Positions 21,999-34,115 of a stretch of DNA of 64,000 nucleotides are shown one piece after another (position 1 is the first letter of the stretch; each line of letters opens with the position of its first letter). The notes under the pieces were generated by a model that did not search any database, was not told the DNA's origin, and saw nothing but the letters and a program-made list of their open reading frames with translations. The DNA is taken from assembly GCF_006345805.1 (NCBI RefSeq), contig NC_043012.1:1612001-1676000 (forward strand), given 5' to 3'. The stretch comes from Octopus sinensis (Eukaryota). A program made the position numbers and the translations under genes.

Positions 21999-23753
21999 AT
22001 GGGCAAATTCCGTCTACAAAATCCACTCACAAGACTTTGGTCAGCCCGAGGCTATAGTAGAAGACACTTGGCCATGGTTCCACGCTGTGGGACTGAACCT
22101 GAAACCATGTGGTTGGGAAGCAAGCTTCATACCAGACAGCCACGCCTATTTTTGTTTTTATTTTCGTTTTTGTACTCGGTACTTAAAAGAGTTACTGGTA
22201 AAATCTTTTGTATTAAATAATATTAAGTCAAAAATACTGAAACGAAAGTTGTTTGCACTTCAAGTTGATGAGAGTACAGACATCACTGGTAAATCCCAGC
22301 TCCTTGTATTTGTTCGTTGTATTAATGATGAAGTTATTGTAGAAGACGTTCTGTGTTGCAAAGAGTTGCCAGAAACAAGAAAAGGACAAGATGTATTTGA
22401 TGTTTTTAATTCATATTTAGAGAATTGTGGATTGAACTGGAAAAACTGTGTTGGTATTTGTACAGATGGTGCCCCTGCAATGACAGGATGTCTTAAAGGC
22501 TTTGTCCTAATCGCACAAAAACAAAATCCAAATGTTTCATTCATAGAAAAGCACTAGTTGCTAAAACTCTTGGACCTGAACAAAATTCTGCATTGGATAT
22601 GGTAGTGAAAATAGATAATTACTTCAAAATGAGGCCACTTAAATGTCGAGAGTTTGCGAAACTTTGTGTGGGTATGGAAGCAGACCATTCCACAGAAATA
22701 CGATGGTTGTCAAGGGGAAAAGTATTGTCTCGTTTTTGCGAATTAAGAGTTATTGACCTTATGTTTGCCAGAAAACCTGAAAGACTGTAGAATGTTTGAG
22801 TGACGACCATTGGTGTTCCAAGTTAGCATATCTTGCCGATATATTTCATGAGCTAAGCCTCTTGAACAATGGCATGCAGGGCAGAACGAAAATATTTTGA
22901 CTTCTACTGACAAAATAAATGCTTTTCAGAAGAAATTGACAATATGGAAGAAACTCACAGCTGCAGGAAATTTGGAAAATATTTCCAAGTGTTTTTAAAA
23001 GGAATTGTCAAGAAACTGCGCTACTGATTTTTAATCATTTACACACTTTGTTAACAAACCTTGACAAATATTTTCCATCGATATCTGTTGACCAGTATGA
23101 CTGGATTAGAAACCCATTTGTGGAATTTGAGCCATTTGAAGAACAGTTCACATTAACAGAAGAAGAAGAACTTGCCAGTGTTTTAAATGACAGAACATTA
23201 AAGTTGAAGCTTTCTGAGCTTCACCTGAATGCATTTTGGTTGCTGGTCGAAAAGGAATATCCTGCAATCGCACAGAAAGCGCTGCGACTTCTTGTGCAAT
23301 TTTCAACTCCTACTTCTGTGAATTTGGATTTTCAGTCCTGACAACCATCAAGCACAAGAAGCGAGCACAATTGCTGTCTGTGGAAGATGAACTTCGTGTG
23401 TGTCTATCAGAAACACGACCCAATCTTAAAGAGTTGTGCGAGAAACACCAGGTTCAAGTTTCTCATTGAGTTTTTGATAAGAATAAATGTAATCTATTCA
23501 AACTAAAGTTTTCTTAATACATGTTTTAATAATAACTGTAGATGCAAGAATAAAATTGCATGTGTACGTGACAATTTTTTTACAGTTTGTGATTTTATTG
23601 CAAATAAATCTGAACATGAGTATTTTCATTTCATTAATTAAATGCTGTTTTTTTTTTTTTTTGCATACGACAGTTAAATTATTGCACTGGTTCCTCGAGC
23701 CAGTGAAATGTTTCCTTGGGGTTCCGCTCCAGCAAAAACGTTGAAAAGCACTG
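21268..23753 (+). mobile_element. hAT (Charlie/Buster, ZBED8/SCAND3/FAM200-like) transposon, frameshifted transposase
   Basis: BED-like APAKLKRHL, FALQVDESTDI, CTDGAPAM, IRWLSRGKVL and the C-terminal CEFGFSVL..IKHKKR. Right terminus ...GGGGTTCCGCTCCAGCAAAAACGTTGAAAAGCACTG at 23753. Confidence 0.92.
21869..22217 (-). mobile_element. SINE A plus about 70 bp of extra 5' sequence inserted into the hAT transposase
   Basis: Interrupts DMSGDTE|NNIKSKILK; matches 14275-14705 in the opposite orientation. Confidence 0.85.
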
Positions 23754-24002
23754 GTATATAAGTAGACATCAATATGCATACATCGGTATATATGTTCCTT
23801 TGTAAGTTACTTCTTTAGGTATGTAAATTAATGTATATATGAGCAATAAAATAAAAATAGAATGTACGAAAGTAGAATGAATTAAAATAAATCCATGTTC
23901 GTGTGTGTATACGTGTGTGCTTATACATATGTTTAAATGCATATCTACATATTAAACAAGTATGGGTGTGTCTGCTTATGTATTATTGTGCGTGCGTGTT
24001 TC

Positions 24003-24195
24003 TGGCCCACGTGCCGGTGGCACGTAAAAGCACCCACTACACTCACGGAGTGGTTGGCGTTAGGAAGGGCATCCAGCCGTAGAAACACTGCCAGATCTGA
24101 CTGGGCCTGATGCAGCCTTCCGGCTTCACAGACCCCAGTTGAACCGTCCAACCCATGCTAGCATGGAAAACGGACGCTAAATGATGATGATGATA
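24003..24195 (+). mobile_element. RTE LINE 3' UTR fragment with (ATG)n tail
   Basis: Reverse complement of the 3' end at 24214-24400. Confidence 0.85.
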
Positions 24196-24213
24196 TACGT
24201 GGGTAGTCTTAAA

Positions 24214-25210
24214 TCATCATCATCATCATCATCATCGTTTACCGTCCGCTTTCCATGCTATCAACGGTTGGATGGTTCAACCGGGGATCTGGGAAGCCAG
24301 AAGGCTGCACCAGGCCCAGTCTGATCTGGCAATGTTTCTACGGCTGGATGCCCTTCCTAACGCCAACCACTCCGTGAGAGTAGTGGGTGCTTTTTACGTG
24401 CCACCGGCACAGGTGCCAGACGAGTCTGGCAAACGGCCACGATCGGATGGTGCTTTTTATGTGCCACCGGCACGAGGGCCAGGCGTGGCTGGCAACGGCC
24501 ACGAACGGATGGTGCTTTTTACGTGCCACCGACACGAGGCCAGTTGGGACGGCGCTGGCAACGGCCACATTCGGATGGTTCTCTTACGTGCCACCGGCAC
24601 TGGTAACTCAGCTGCAATTTCCATTGATCGATTTCGATTCTGATTCTCACTTGCCTCAACAGGTCTTCACAAGTAGAGTTTTGTGTCCCAAGAAGGGAAG
24701 GTATGCATAAGTGGGCTGGCTACATCCCATGTAGAAGGCCACAGGTTATGGTCTCACTTGTCCTGCCGGGTCTTCTCACGCACAGCATACTTCCAGAGGT
24801 CTCGGTCTCTAGTCATTTCCTCAGTGAGACCTAAAGTTCGAAGGTCGTGCTTCACCACCTCGTCCCAGGTTTTCCTGGGTCTGCACTTTTTCACACAACT
24901 ATCTTCATCCATTCTCGCCACATGCACATACCAGCGCAAACGTCTCTCTTGCACACCACATCTGATGCTTCTTAGGTCCAGCTTTTCTCCAAGGTACTTA
25001 CACTCTGTCGAGTATGAATACTGACATTACACATCCACCGGAGCATACTGGCTTCATTTCTTGCGAGCTTACGCATATCCTCAGCAGTCACGGCCCATGT
25101 TTCACTGCCATGTAGCATGGCTGTTCGTACACACACGTCATACAGTCTGCCTTTTACTCTGAGCGAGAGGCCTTTTGTCACCAGCAGAGGTAAGAGGTCT
25201 CTGAACTCTG
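24214..25210 (-). mobile_element. RTE LINE, 5'-truncated
   Basis: Minus strand reads GLSLRVKGRLYDVCVRTAMLHGSETW...ERRLRWYVHVARM...RPRKTWDEVV; long repetitive 3' UTR and (ATG)n tail. Confidence 0.92.
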
Positions 25211-25271
25211 ACCTCTGCTGGTGACAAAAGGCCTCTCGCTCAGAGTAAAAGGCAGACTGTATGACGCGTGT

Positions 25272-25575
25272 CTCCGAAAATATTTAGAAATCACAAAAAC
25301 GTTTATTGTCAATGATATTTACGTCATTTTAAAGTTTGAACATTTATCTATTTTTTCTACATAATCGTTATTTCGGTCGATGACGTTTTGTAGGCGCTGG
25401 GGCAGTCTTTGTATGCCCATGTCATATCAACTCACCGCCATGTCGTTGAGGAGGCGTTGAACCTCATCTTTCACTTTGTTGTCTTTGCTGAAGCGTGTTC
25501 CAGGCAAATGCTCTTTCAACTTAGGTAACAGGTGGTAGTCACTGGGTGCCAAGTCCGGACTATAAGATGGGTCAC
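25272..25575 (-). mobile_element. Mariner C-terminal fragment
   Basis: Minus strand reads PSYSPDLAPSDYHLLPKLKEHL..TRF...GIQRLPQRLQKVIDRNNDYVEK. Confidence 0.85.
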
Positions 25576-25719
25576 CGTTTATGGTCTTCTGTGAGCATTC
25601 GCGGGACCCATCTTGCGCTCACCTTCCGATATTGCTACTTTTCACTCAAAACCCTATGAATGGCGCTTCGGGAAACCTCAGGAACCAAAATGCGGAGATC
25701 ATCCAGAGTGATCTTACAA

Positions 25720-26097
25720 ACCACATAGTTCCGAGTTCAGTCCCACTGCGTGGCACCTTGGGCAAGTGTTTTCTACTATAGCCTCGGGCCGACCAAAGCC
25801 TTGTGAACGGATTTGGTAGACGGAAACTGAAAGAAGCCCGTCGTATATATGTGTGTGTGTGTGTGTGTATATGTTTGTGTGTCTGTGTTTGTCCCCCCCC
25901 CTCCCAACATCACTTAACAACCGATGCTGGTGTGTTTACTGCCCCGTAACTTAGCGGTTCGGCAAGAGAGACCGATAGAATAAGTACTAGGCTTACAACG
26001 AATAAGTCCTGGGGTCGACTTGTTCGACTAAAGACGGTGCTCCAGCATGGCCACTGTCAAATGACTGAAACAAGTAAAAGAGTAAAGAGAGTAAATA
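25720..26097 (+). mobile_element. SINE family A, 5'-truncated
   Basis: Body and full tail ending in GAAACAAGTAAAAGAGT. Confidence 0.9.
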
Positions 26098-26100
26098 TAT

Positions 26101-27635
26101 CATCATCATCATCGTTTAACGTCCGCTTTCCATAGTAGCATGGGTTGGACGATTTGACTGAGGACTGGCGAACCAGATGGCTGCACCAGGCTCCAATCTT
26201 GATCTGGCAGAGTTTCTACAGCTGAATGCTCTTCCTAACGCCAACCACTCCGAGAGTGTAGTGGGTGCTTTTACGTGCCACCGGCACGAGGGCCAGTCAG
26301 GCGGTACTGGCAACGACCATGAAAAAATCGTATTTTTTTTAACGTGTCACCTGCAGAAGTGCCAGTAAGGCCACGCTCGAATGGTGCCTTTTATGTGCCA
26401 CTGGCACGAACGCCAGTTAGCCGCTCTGGCAATATCACGCGTGGATGATGATCTTAGTGCTCCACTAGCACGGATGTCAGTCATCAAATTTGATTCCGAT
26501 TTCACTTACCTTAACAGGTCTTCACAAGTAGTGTCCAATGAAGGGAAGGTACGCATAAGTGGGCTGGTTACACCCCTGGCTTAGGCAACAAGGTTATGGT
26601 CTCACTTGGCTTGCCGGGTCTTTTCAAGCACAGCATATTTCCAAAAGTCTCGGCCACTGGCCATTGTCTCGGTGAGGCCTTATGTTCGAAGGTCGTGCTT
26701 CACCACTTCATCCCAGGTTTTCCTGGGTCGATCTCTTCTACAGGTTCCCTCAACTGCTAGGGTATGGCACTTTTTCACACAGCTATCCTCATCCATTCTC
26801 GCCACATGACCATACCAGCGCACTACATCTGATGCTTCTTAGGTCCAACTTTTCTCTCAAGGTACTTCCACTCTGTCGAGTATGCACACTGATATTACAC
26901 ATCCATTGAATCATACTGGCTTCATTTCTTGCGAGCTTACGCATATCCTCAGCAGTCACGGCCATATTTCACTGCCATGTAGCATGGCTGTTCGTACACA
27001 TGCGTCATACAGTCTACCTTTTACTCTGAGCGAGAGGCCCTGTGTCACCAGCAGAGGTGAGAGCTCTCTGAACTTTCACCAGGCTATTCTTATTCTAGCA
27101 GCTACACTTTCAGCGCACCCTCCCCCGCTACTTACTTGGTCACCTAGGTAACGGAAGCAATCAACTACTTCTAGTTTTTCTCCCTGGAATGTGACAGAAG
27201 TTGTTCTCTGCATGTTTTCAGTGTTTATTGCTCCTGAGCATCTGCCACATACAAAAACTATCTTCCCTGTTAGCCTTCTTTTGCTGCACCTCTTGTGTCC
27301 ATAGCTTACACTAGGTACATCTTATAGAGTTTCTACAGATCGAGCAGGGCCATCTACCTGAAGGGATTTGTGATTTGCCTGCCCTCCTACTTATTAGGAC
27401 TTTGGTTTTAGCTAGGTTGACTCTAAGACCATTCGATTCTAATCCTTGTTTCTACACCTGAAACTTCTCCTCTAGTTCTGATAGCGACCTTAGAGCAAGG
27501 TCATCAGCATAGAGGAGCTCCCAGGGGCATCTTGTCTTGAATTCCTCTGTTATTGCCTGGAGGACTATTATAAATAGGAGGAGCGGGCTAAGGATTGAAC
27601 CTTGGTAGACCCCTACCTCCACCCAGAACACATAC
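26101..27635 (-). mobile_element. RTE LINE copy including the RT core, with internal deletions
   Basis: VGVYQGSILSPLL...CPWELLYADDLAL at about 27.45-27.63 kb, FRYLGDQVSSGGG, and the same 3' UTR and tail as 24214. Confidence 0.9.
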
Positions 27636-27655
27636 ATATATCTGTATACACACAC

Positions 27656-27692
<37 letters not shown>

Positions 27693-27894
27693 CATACATA
27701 TATATACATACATACATATATATATAAAAACCAGCTTAGAGAAGAAGAAACGAAACGAAACGAATCGAATCGAATCGACGCGAGGGCGCTCAGTCATACA
27801 ATAGTGTAATAAATAAAATATATGCATACATACAAACATATATGTACGTACCTACATCTACATGTATATATACATGCATATATAAATATATATA

Positions 27895-28145
27895 CGTGAG
27901 TACAGGATACCACAACTAGACGTAGAACTCAACGAGAAACGAAAAAGTAAAAACAGCATGGAACGGACCATTCTTTTAACAATGAAACACGCTGGAGTTG
28001 AACTAGGGACAGCTGATGAAGGGGATTTTTGCTTGTGTAGTTGTCTTGTACTCTGTTTTTCGTTGTTAAAAAAATGGTCCGTTCCATGCTGTTTTTACGT
28101 TTTCGTTTCTCGTTGAGTTCTACGTCTAGTTGTGGTGTCCTGTAC
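27895..28145. mobile_element. TA-flanked fold-back element (about 85-bp arms)
   Basis: GTACAGGATACCACAACTAGACGTAGAACTCAACGAGAAACG... and its reverse complement ending in GTCCTGTAC. Confidence 0.82.
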
Positions 28146-28544
28146 ACGCGTATATATATTTATATATGCATGTATATATACATGTAGATGTAGCTACGTA
28201 CATATATGTATGTATGTATGCATATATTTTATTTATTACACTATATATATATATATATATATATACACAGATATATGTATGTGTGCGTATGTATATACAT
28301 ATACATAACACATTCATAGAGACACACACACTGCTAGTCGAAGTGCTTGTAAATGAATATGAATCCTTTTACCAATTGATATACTTTTGTTCGTGTGTTT
28401 CCATGAAAAGGAACCTCGATATTTATAGATATAATTCACTTCTTGGTGCATCTGGATTTCAAAGCTAGTTAGAAACGGGTACAGCCCACTTGCATTGTGC
28501 GAAGCAGTCAATCTTAGTTGAATATACTTCATTTCTTTTTTTTA

Positions 28545-28980
28545 TATAGCTGATGCACAGGCATGACACCCCATAAAACTTCGTTTTATGTTTATTCTGA
28601 CTTGTAATGGTTTATATTTTTTTTATTAATTGACATTTTTATGTTTCAGGTTCTATATGTGACTGTTTAATCATGTCATGTGCAAAAGAAACCATGGAGC
28701 TGTCTGAATTTCAAAGAGACCATATTGTGGGTCATTCTGAAGGTGGACATAGCGTAAAATCGCAGAAAAACTACAGTTAATAGAATGATTGTGCAATTTG
28801 TCAGAGAGGGGAAGGAGTCCACATTACCTCGCCCAGATCAACCAGGGCCCTCTGACAGGACCCTTCTCTTTGTTAGAGAAGTATGGAGGATAATCCTCAT
28901 TGCAAGGCCTATGACATAGCAGAGCAAGTGAAAGTCACTCCCAGAAAATCTGTCAGGTATCTCCACAAACTTGGTTACTA
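28545..28980 (+). mobile_element. Tc1-like transposase N-terminal (HTH) relic
   Basis: MELSEFQRDHIVGHSEGGHS...VNRMIVQFVREGKESTLPRP, similar to LSEFERGxIVG...RPGRP. Confidence 0.7.
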
Positions 28981-28986
28981 TATATG

Positions 28987-29036
<50 letters not shown>

Positions 29037-29084
29037 CACACACACACATACACAAATAAGTTAGGTCTGGTCAGATAGGGGAAG

Positions 29085-29340
29085 GGGCATGTACCGTTGC
29101 AACCACCACGTTGGCATCTGCTCTACAGTTGCAAGAACTTGGGACACTGTCTAGATCTCTTAGGGGCTGCCTTAGCTCCTTTGATACCAGGACACTTACA
29201 GGATTTCCCAACCAACGACTTTACTCAGAAACAGGGATGCATCCTGTTACTTGTATGATTCAGGAGTGTCACTTCAGACTGGTTGATCATGTTGCTTTGA
29301 TTTCCAAGTTGGATCTTGAATACCATGTTCTCTTCTCTGA
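29085..29340 (+). mobile_element. Degenerate RTE-like LINE fragment
   Basis: NQRLYSETGMHPVTCMIQECHFRLVDHVA resembles the post-RT RxxxLRLxGHVAR region. Confidence 0.55.
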
Positions 29341-29344
29341 TAAT

Positions 29345-29575
29345 CTTTACTACCCTCAAGGGGTTAAACACGGAAGGGACAAACAAGGACAGACAAAAGG
29401 ATTAAGTCAATTACATCGACCCCAGTGCATAACTGGTACTTAATTTATCGACCCCGAAAAGATGAAAGGTAAGGTTGACCATGGCGGAATTTGAACTCAG
29501 AACGTAGTGACAGACGAAATACCGCTAAGCATTTCATCCAGCGTGCTAATGTTTCTGCCAGCTGGTCACCTTAAC
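29345..29575 (-). mobile_element. SINE family B, tail variant 2
   Basis: Matches 20763-20994. Confidence 0.9.
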
Positions 29576-29974
29576 TGGCTCATTCTGCTCAACCACACAC
29601 CACATAGTCTTGATGGATGAGGAACTATCTAGTGGAGATGGGGACTATCTGGGATACTGTTTGGATATTTATAGACACCAAAGTGTCATATGATGGTGTT
29701 AAACTGAGAGACAGAGTAGGTCTATTACTTTTTATCCATCAATTAACTTCCTTTTACATTAGAAGTCACCAAAGTGGTCACTATTGATCCCTGGGGTTCT
29801 AAGTGGCTATCCAAGTGGGGTCAGTAAAAACCTGAAACAATTTTGAGCATTAAGGGTGTTGAATTACAGGTAAAATGGAGTCTGGAAGTGTGCAACAATT
29901 TAAAGCAATGAAACTCTCCTTTTGAGTGTTGGACTTCATGGAGGCAATGACAAAACACCGAGATCTTGGCATTA

Positions 29975-32340
29975 TATCATGTTTGAGAAGAAGACCAACC
30001 AAGCCAAATAAAATCAGTCATAGCAGATGGCACAGTCATGCAAATGGCACCTTTGCCATTGGCATGTAAAAGCACCTCTGGGAGGATTCCTTCAATGAAG
30101 TGGCCAACAAGTTGAGAGAGCAGGATGCATGCCAAGACCTTTCCTACAACATCCAAGAGTGAAATACTTCTGCTGTTGTTGCAGTCTGAGCGATCTCCCT
30201 TCTTCTTGAAGATGATGATTATGTCTGCATGTTTCTGGCATTGAGGTACCAAGACACTTTCCAATAGTAGAGGACAATCTGATGAAGACGCTGGACAAGA
30301 GCAGGACCACCATATTTATAGATCTCCCCCAGCACATCATCTGATCCAGGTGATTTCCTGTTTTTTAAGTAGGAGAGAGCTGTATGGATTTCCACGAGGG
30401 AGGGTTCCGTATCCAGCTCAGGGAGAAGAGGGAGATCATCCATCAGTGTGGTGTCTGTAGGATTTATCTTGTGAAACAATGAGTTGAAGTGTTCAGCCCA
30501 TCTGTCATGGATCTGGGTTTTTTCCTTGTAGAGAGTGTTGCTGTCTGAAGATCGTATCAGATTGATGTGATTGGAGGACGGACCACACAGGGATTTGGTT
30601 GCAGTGTAGAAATCGTGGATCTTATTTTCATCTGCAAAACATTGAATTTCTGCAGCTTTGTTCTTCCACCAAGTGATCTGAATCTGCTGAAGTTTGCTCT
30701 GGCATTCCGAGTGAAGATCTTTCCAATTCTGGAGGTGTGCGTTGGACCTGCTTGAGAGGTTGGCATCATGAGCCTGTTTTTTTGCTTCTGAGAAGGCGGA
30801 GAATCTCATCAGCAGATTCATCAAACCAGTCAGGATTGCGACGTCTAGTGTGTCCTAGTTGTTCAGTTGCGACCGAGGAGATCAGGGAGATATGTGTGTC
30901 CCATATAGCTCCTCTTGGTTTACTGAGGTAGGATCAGGGAGTGGGAGAGTATCCAATTTGATGGCAAGCTGATCTTGAAAGAGGCCACGATTCTTAGGAT
31001 CATACAGTTTTGTGGTGTTCCGTCGTTTTGATGCTGTAGACTTTTGGCTAGGGGGTCGAATGTTGATTCTAAGCTTGGAACGGATATGGTTGTGGTACGT
31101 CCTGCAATCTGCTTCACACATTGCGCAAGTATGGATGATATTGCCCATGTCTTGACGACGGACAATGATGTAGTCTAGGAGATGCCACATTTTGGAATGC
31201 AAGTGCATCCACGACTACTTGTAAATGTCCAGCTGTTGAAAGAGGGTGTCAGTGATGCACAGGTCATACTCAGAGTAGAAGGTAAGTAGTCTCTTTCCAT
31301 TAGCATTCATTTTCCCTGTGCCATGAGGACCGAGGATCCCTTGCCAGGCGGTATTGTCACACCCAACATAGGAGTTGAAGTGACCCATGAGTACAATCTT
31401 GTCCGATCATGAGATGTTCTGAAACGCAGTATGCAGAGAATCATAGAAGGTATCCTTTATCTCTTCATCCGAGTCGTGAGTTGGTCCATAAATGCTGAGA
31501 ATTGTCAGAAAACGTTTGTTTGAAAGTGGGATTTTGATTGTCATAAGGCGTTCACTGATACAGGAGGGTACTCCAAGAATTTTCTGCAATAGGCTGTTTT
31601 TGCTTGCTAAACCAACCCCATGCAAACGAGGCATCTTAGAGGGATGTCCTTTCCAGAAGATGGTGTATCCACCAGCTTCTTCAGTGAGGGAACCCTCATT
31701 GGAGAAACGAGTCTCACTGAATGCAGCAATGTCAACGTTGTAGTGCTTGAGTTCGGTGGCTACAATAGTAGTGCATCGTGGGGGTCATCAAGTGTCCAGC
31801 TCATCATGTGAAACGTCATCAAGGAGGATGTGAACATTCCAACATGCAAGGAGGGTTTCTTTTTCTTTTTCAGTTTTGATACTTGGTTTCGACTGCACGT
31901 TTGGCGAATACTCACTGGGCTCTGCCGTGGTCAGCTTTGTTCTCCATCCTTTCAGAGTTAGTCAAATAAGTACCAGTTGGACATTAGGGTCAATGCAATT
32001 CATTTGTCCCCTCTCCCGAAACTGCCCAATGGAGAACAGATTATAATTATGGTTAGTGGTTACCCAGTCGAGCAAGTGAGGATGAGCTTTTTCTGAGCCT
32101 CATTTTCTAGGCCTTTCCCCATGTGGGGCAGACAGTGCTATCCCTGAAAAGGGTTGCCTGGACGCACAAGCAGGACTTAGGTGGATGTTTGTCCACAGGT
32201 CCATCCAACAATGACTTAGAGGCTTCCAGCTATATCCTAGTCTAACCCCGTCGCCCGCAGGACTTGCAGAGAGGATGAAAGACGAAACTTGTGCTGTGAA
32301 AAGTTTAAGGCACCGGAAAGGATCCTCTCTGGCACTTTAA
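29975..32340 (-). mobile_element. RTE (BovB-like) LINE 5' part: 5' UTR, APE endonuclease and start of RT; frameshifted
   Basis: LACWNV, IDIAAFSETRF, HGVGLA, SERLMTIKIPL, SIYGPT, GDFNSYVG, WHLLDYIIVRRQD, KSPGSDDV.GEIYK and KKKGDRSDCNNSRSISLL. Confidence 0.92.
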
Positions 32341-32349
32341 ACTAGACAG

Positions 32350-32469
32350 GTTTTGTCAAACAGATCAACACCAGGACTTGTTTTCAAGCTCTTTCTGATG
32401 AACTGCTAAGTTACTGGGATGTAAACAAACCAACACTTGTTGACAAGCAGTGGATAAACAAGCACAAAT

Positions 32470-32500
<31 letters not shown>

Positions 32501-32840
32501 CATTTACTAGATTCAGTCATCTGATTGCGATCATGCTGGAGCACCGCCTTTAGTCGAAGTATATTTTCCTTTGTAAGCATAGTACAATCGGTCGATTTTG
32601 CTGAACCGTTACGTTACGGGGACGTAAACACACCAACATCGGTCGTCAAGTGATGATGGGGGGACAAACACAGAAACATATACCTATGAGGGGCTTCTTT
32701 TAGTTTCCCTCTTCCAAATTCACTCACAAGGCTTTGGTCGGTCCGAAGCTATGGTAGAAGACACTTGCCCAAGGGTCCACAGTGGGACTGAACCCGGAAC
32801 CATATGGCTGGGAAGCAACCTTCTTACCACTCAGCCACGA
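32350..32840 (-). mobile_element. SINE family A, two nested or partial copies
   Basis: The tail sequence appears twice, followed by body and head. Confidence 0.8.
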
Positions 32841-33469
32841 TCATTTTTTTCACCTCATTTACTCCGCAGACCAGTTTCATGCAAAGTAATTTTCCCACAG
32901 ACTGGAATGGTTTGAAAGCAAAAACGAAAGAAACACATTGCTCATTGTATTACCATTATGAAAATAATAAAGAAATTAAATCGGAAGTTGGGGCACCAAA
33001 CTGTAGTTGTGCCCTGTTAATACGTATAGATCGCGTTTACCGTATCAAGGGAGACAACACAATCTTGACGATAGCGCAGTTGTCTACCTTGAAAGTGAAA
33101 TTGTATAAATTAAAATTCTACAAAATTAATTTAATCATTTAGATATTACTTCCATAAACCTGTTTGATCGGGGTTGAGCAGAGGCTAACAGCACGGTGAT
33201 GCAAATTATATAAAGCGATGGTCTCACTGGATAATGCGGTCGTAGATACATTATATCTGAACGCAACTGATACCCGTTCGTGTATCACCTTTTAAATCAG
33301 AACCGACATGAGGCTAACAACAGAAACATGGACACACAAGATAATGTAGTCCTTGATAGACTATGTAAAATGATAACCCAGCAGAAAAAAAAAACAAACA
33401 AACAACAGAAACGGGAAGGACACATTAGATAATGTAGTGCTTGATATACTTCCCAAAATTAAAACAAGG

Positions 33470-33620
33470 CGGACATCTGGGATAGGTCGCCAACATAAAT
33501 TAGAATTTCTCCGTTTTGAGGGGGATTTTTCAAATTTTTTTTCTGAAATAAAAAAACAAAAAAAAACCCCTCAGGACGGAGAAATTCCAATTTATGTTGG
33601 CGACCTATCCCAGGTGTCCG
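33470..33620. mobile_element. MITE-like hairpin (about 54-bp arms)
   Basis: CGGACATCTGGGATAGGTCGCCAACATAAAT...GAGGGG and CCCCTCAG...ATTTATGTTGGCGACCTATCCCAGGTGTCCG. Confidence 0.82.
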
Positions 33621-33675
33621 TCCAAAACAAAATAAAATGGCAATGTTTCGTTAATAGTATATGAGATGAGCTCTG

Positions 33676-33876
33676 GGTAATACTTAAGAGTGGTCCCGGT
33701 GCGCGCACTCGCGCTAGCTAGTCGTGACTAGTCGATCCTACAACGACTACCTAGCAGAGTAAATAAAACACAAAATAAATAAAACACAAAAACACAAAGT
33801 AAGGATCGAGTAGTCACGACTAGCTAGCGTCGATGCGCGAGTACGCGCACCGGGACCACTCTTCTCAAGTAGTACC
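33676..33876. mobile_element. CpG-rich MITE-like hairpin (about 60-bp arms)
   Basis: AAGAGTGGTCCCGGTGCGCG...TAGCTAGTCGTGACTAGTCGATCCT and its reverse complement at 33802-33863. Confidence 0.82.
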
Positions 33877-34115
33877 GAGCCGATGACACTATGTCACAAA
33901 CTCATTCATAACGTCATAGACTAATACCGAAATATTGCAAGAAAAAAAACAAAAAAAAAACGACAAAAATAACAAAAGCCATGTCCGATTAAGATGCAGA
34001 TCAGCGATAATCACTGATAATCCAAGGTGCGTTGGATCAAAGCTGATCTGGTGGGAAAAAGAATAACAACAACGAATATAAAAATATGAAGTAATTTAAT
34101 AGAATTATATATGAG

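Noticed and set aside
21268-23469. Possible domesticated ZBED8/SCAND3/FAM200-like gene
   Set aside because: Multiple frameshifts and stops, a SINE insertion and a retained TIR mark it as a dead transposon.
31880-32340. HDV-like ribozyme expected in an RTE 5' UTR
   Set aside because: Only a simple hairpin (CCCCACATGGGG) is visible; the double pseudoknot could not be assembled by eye.
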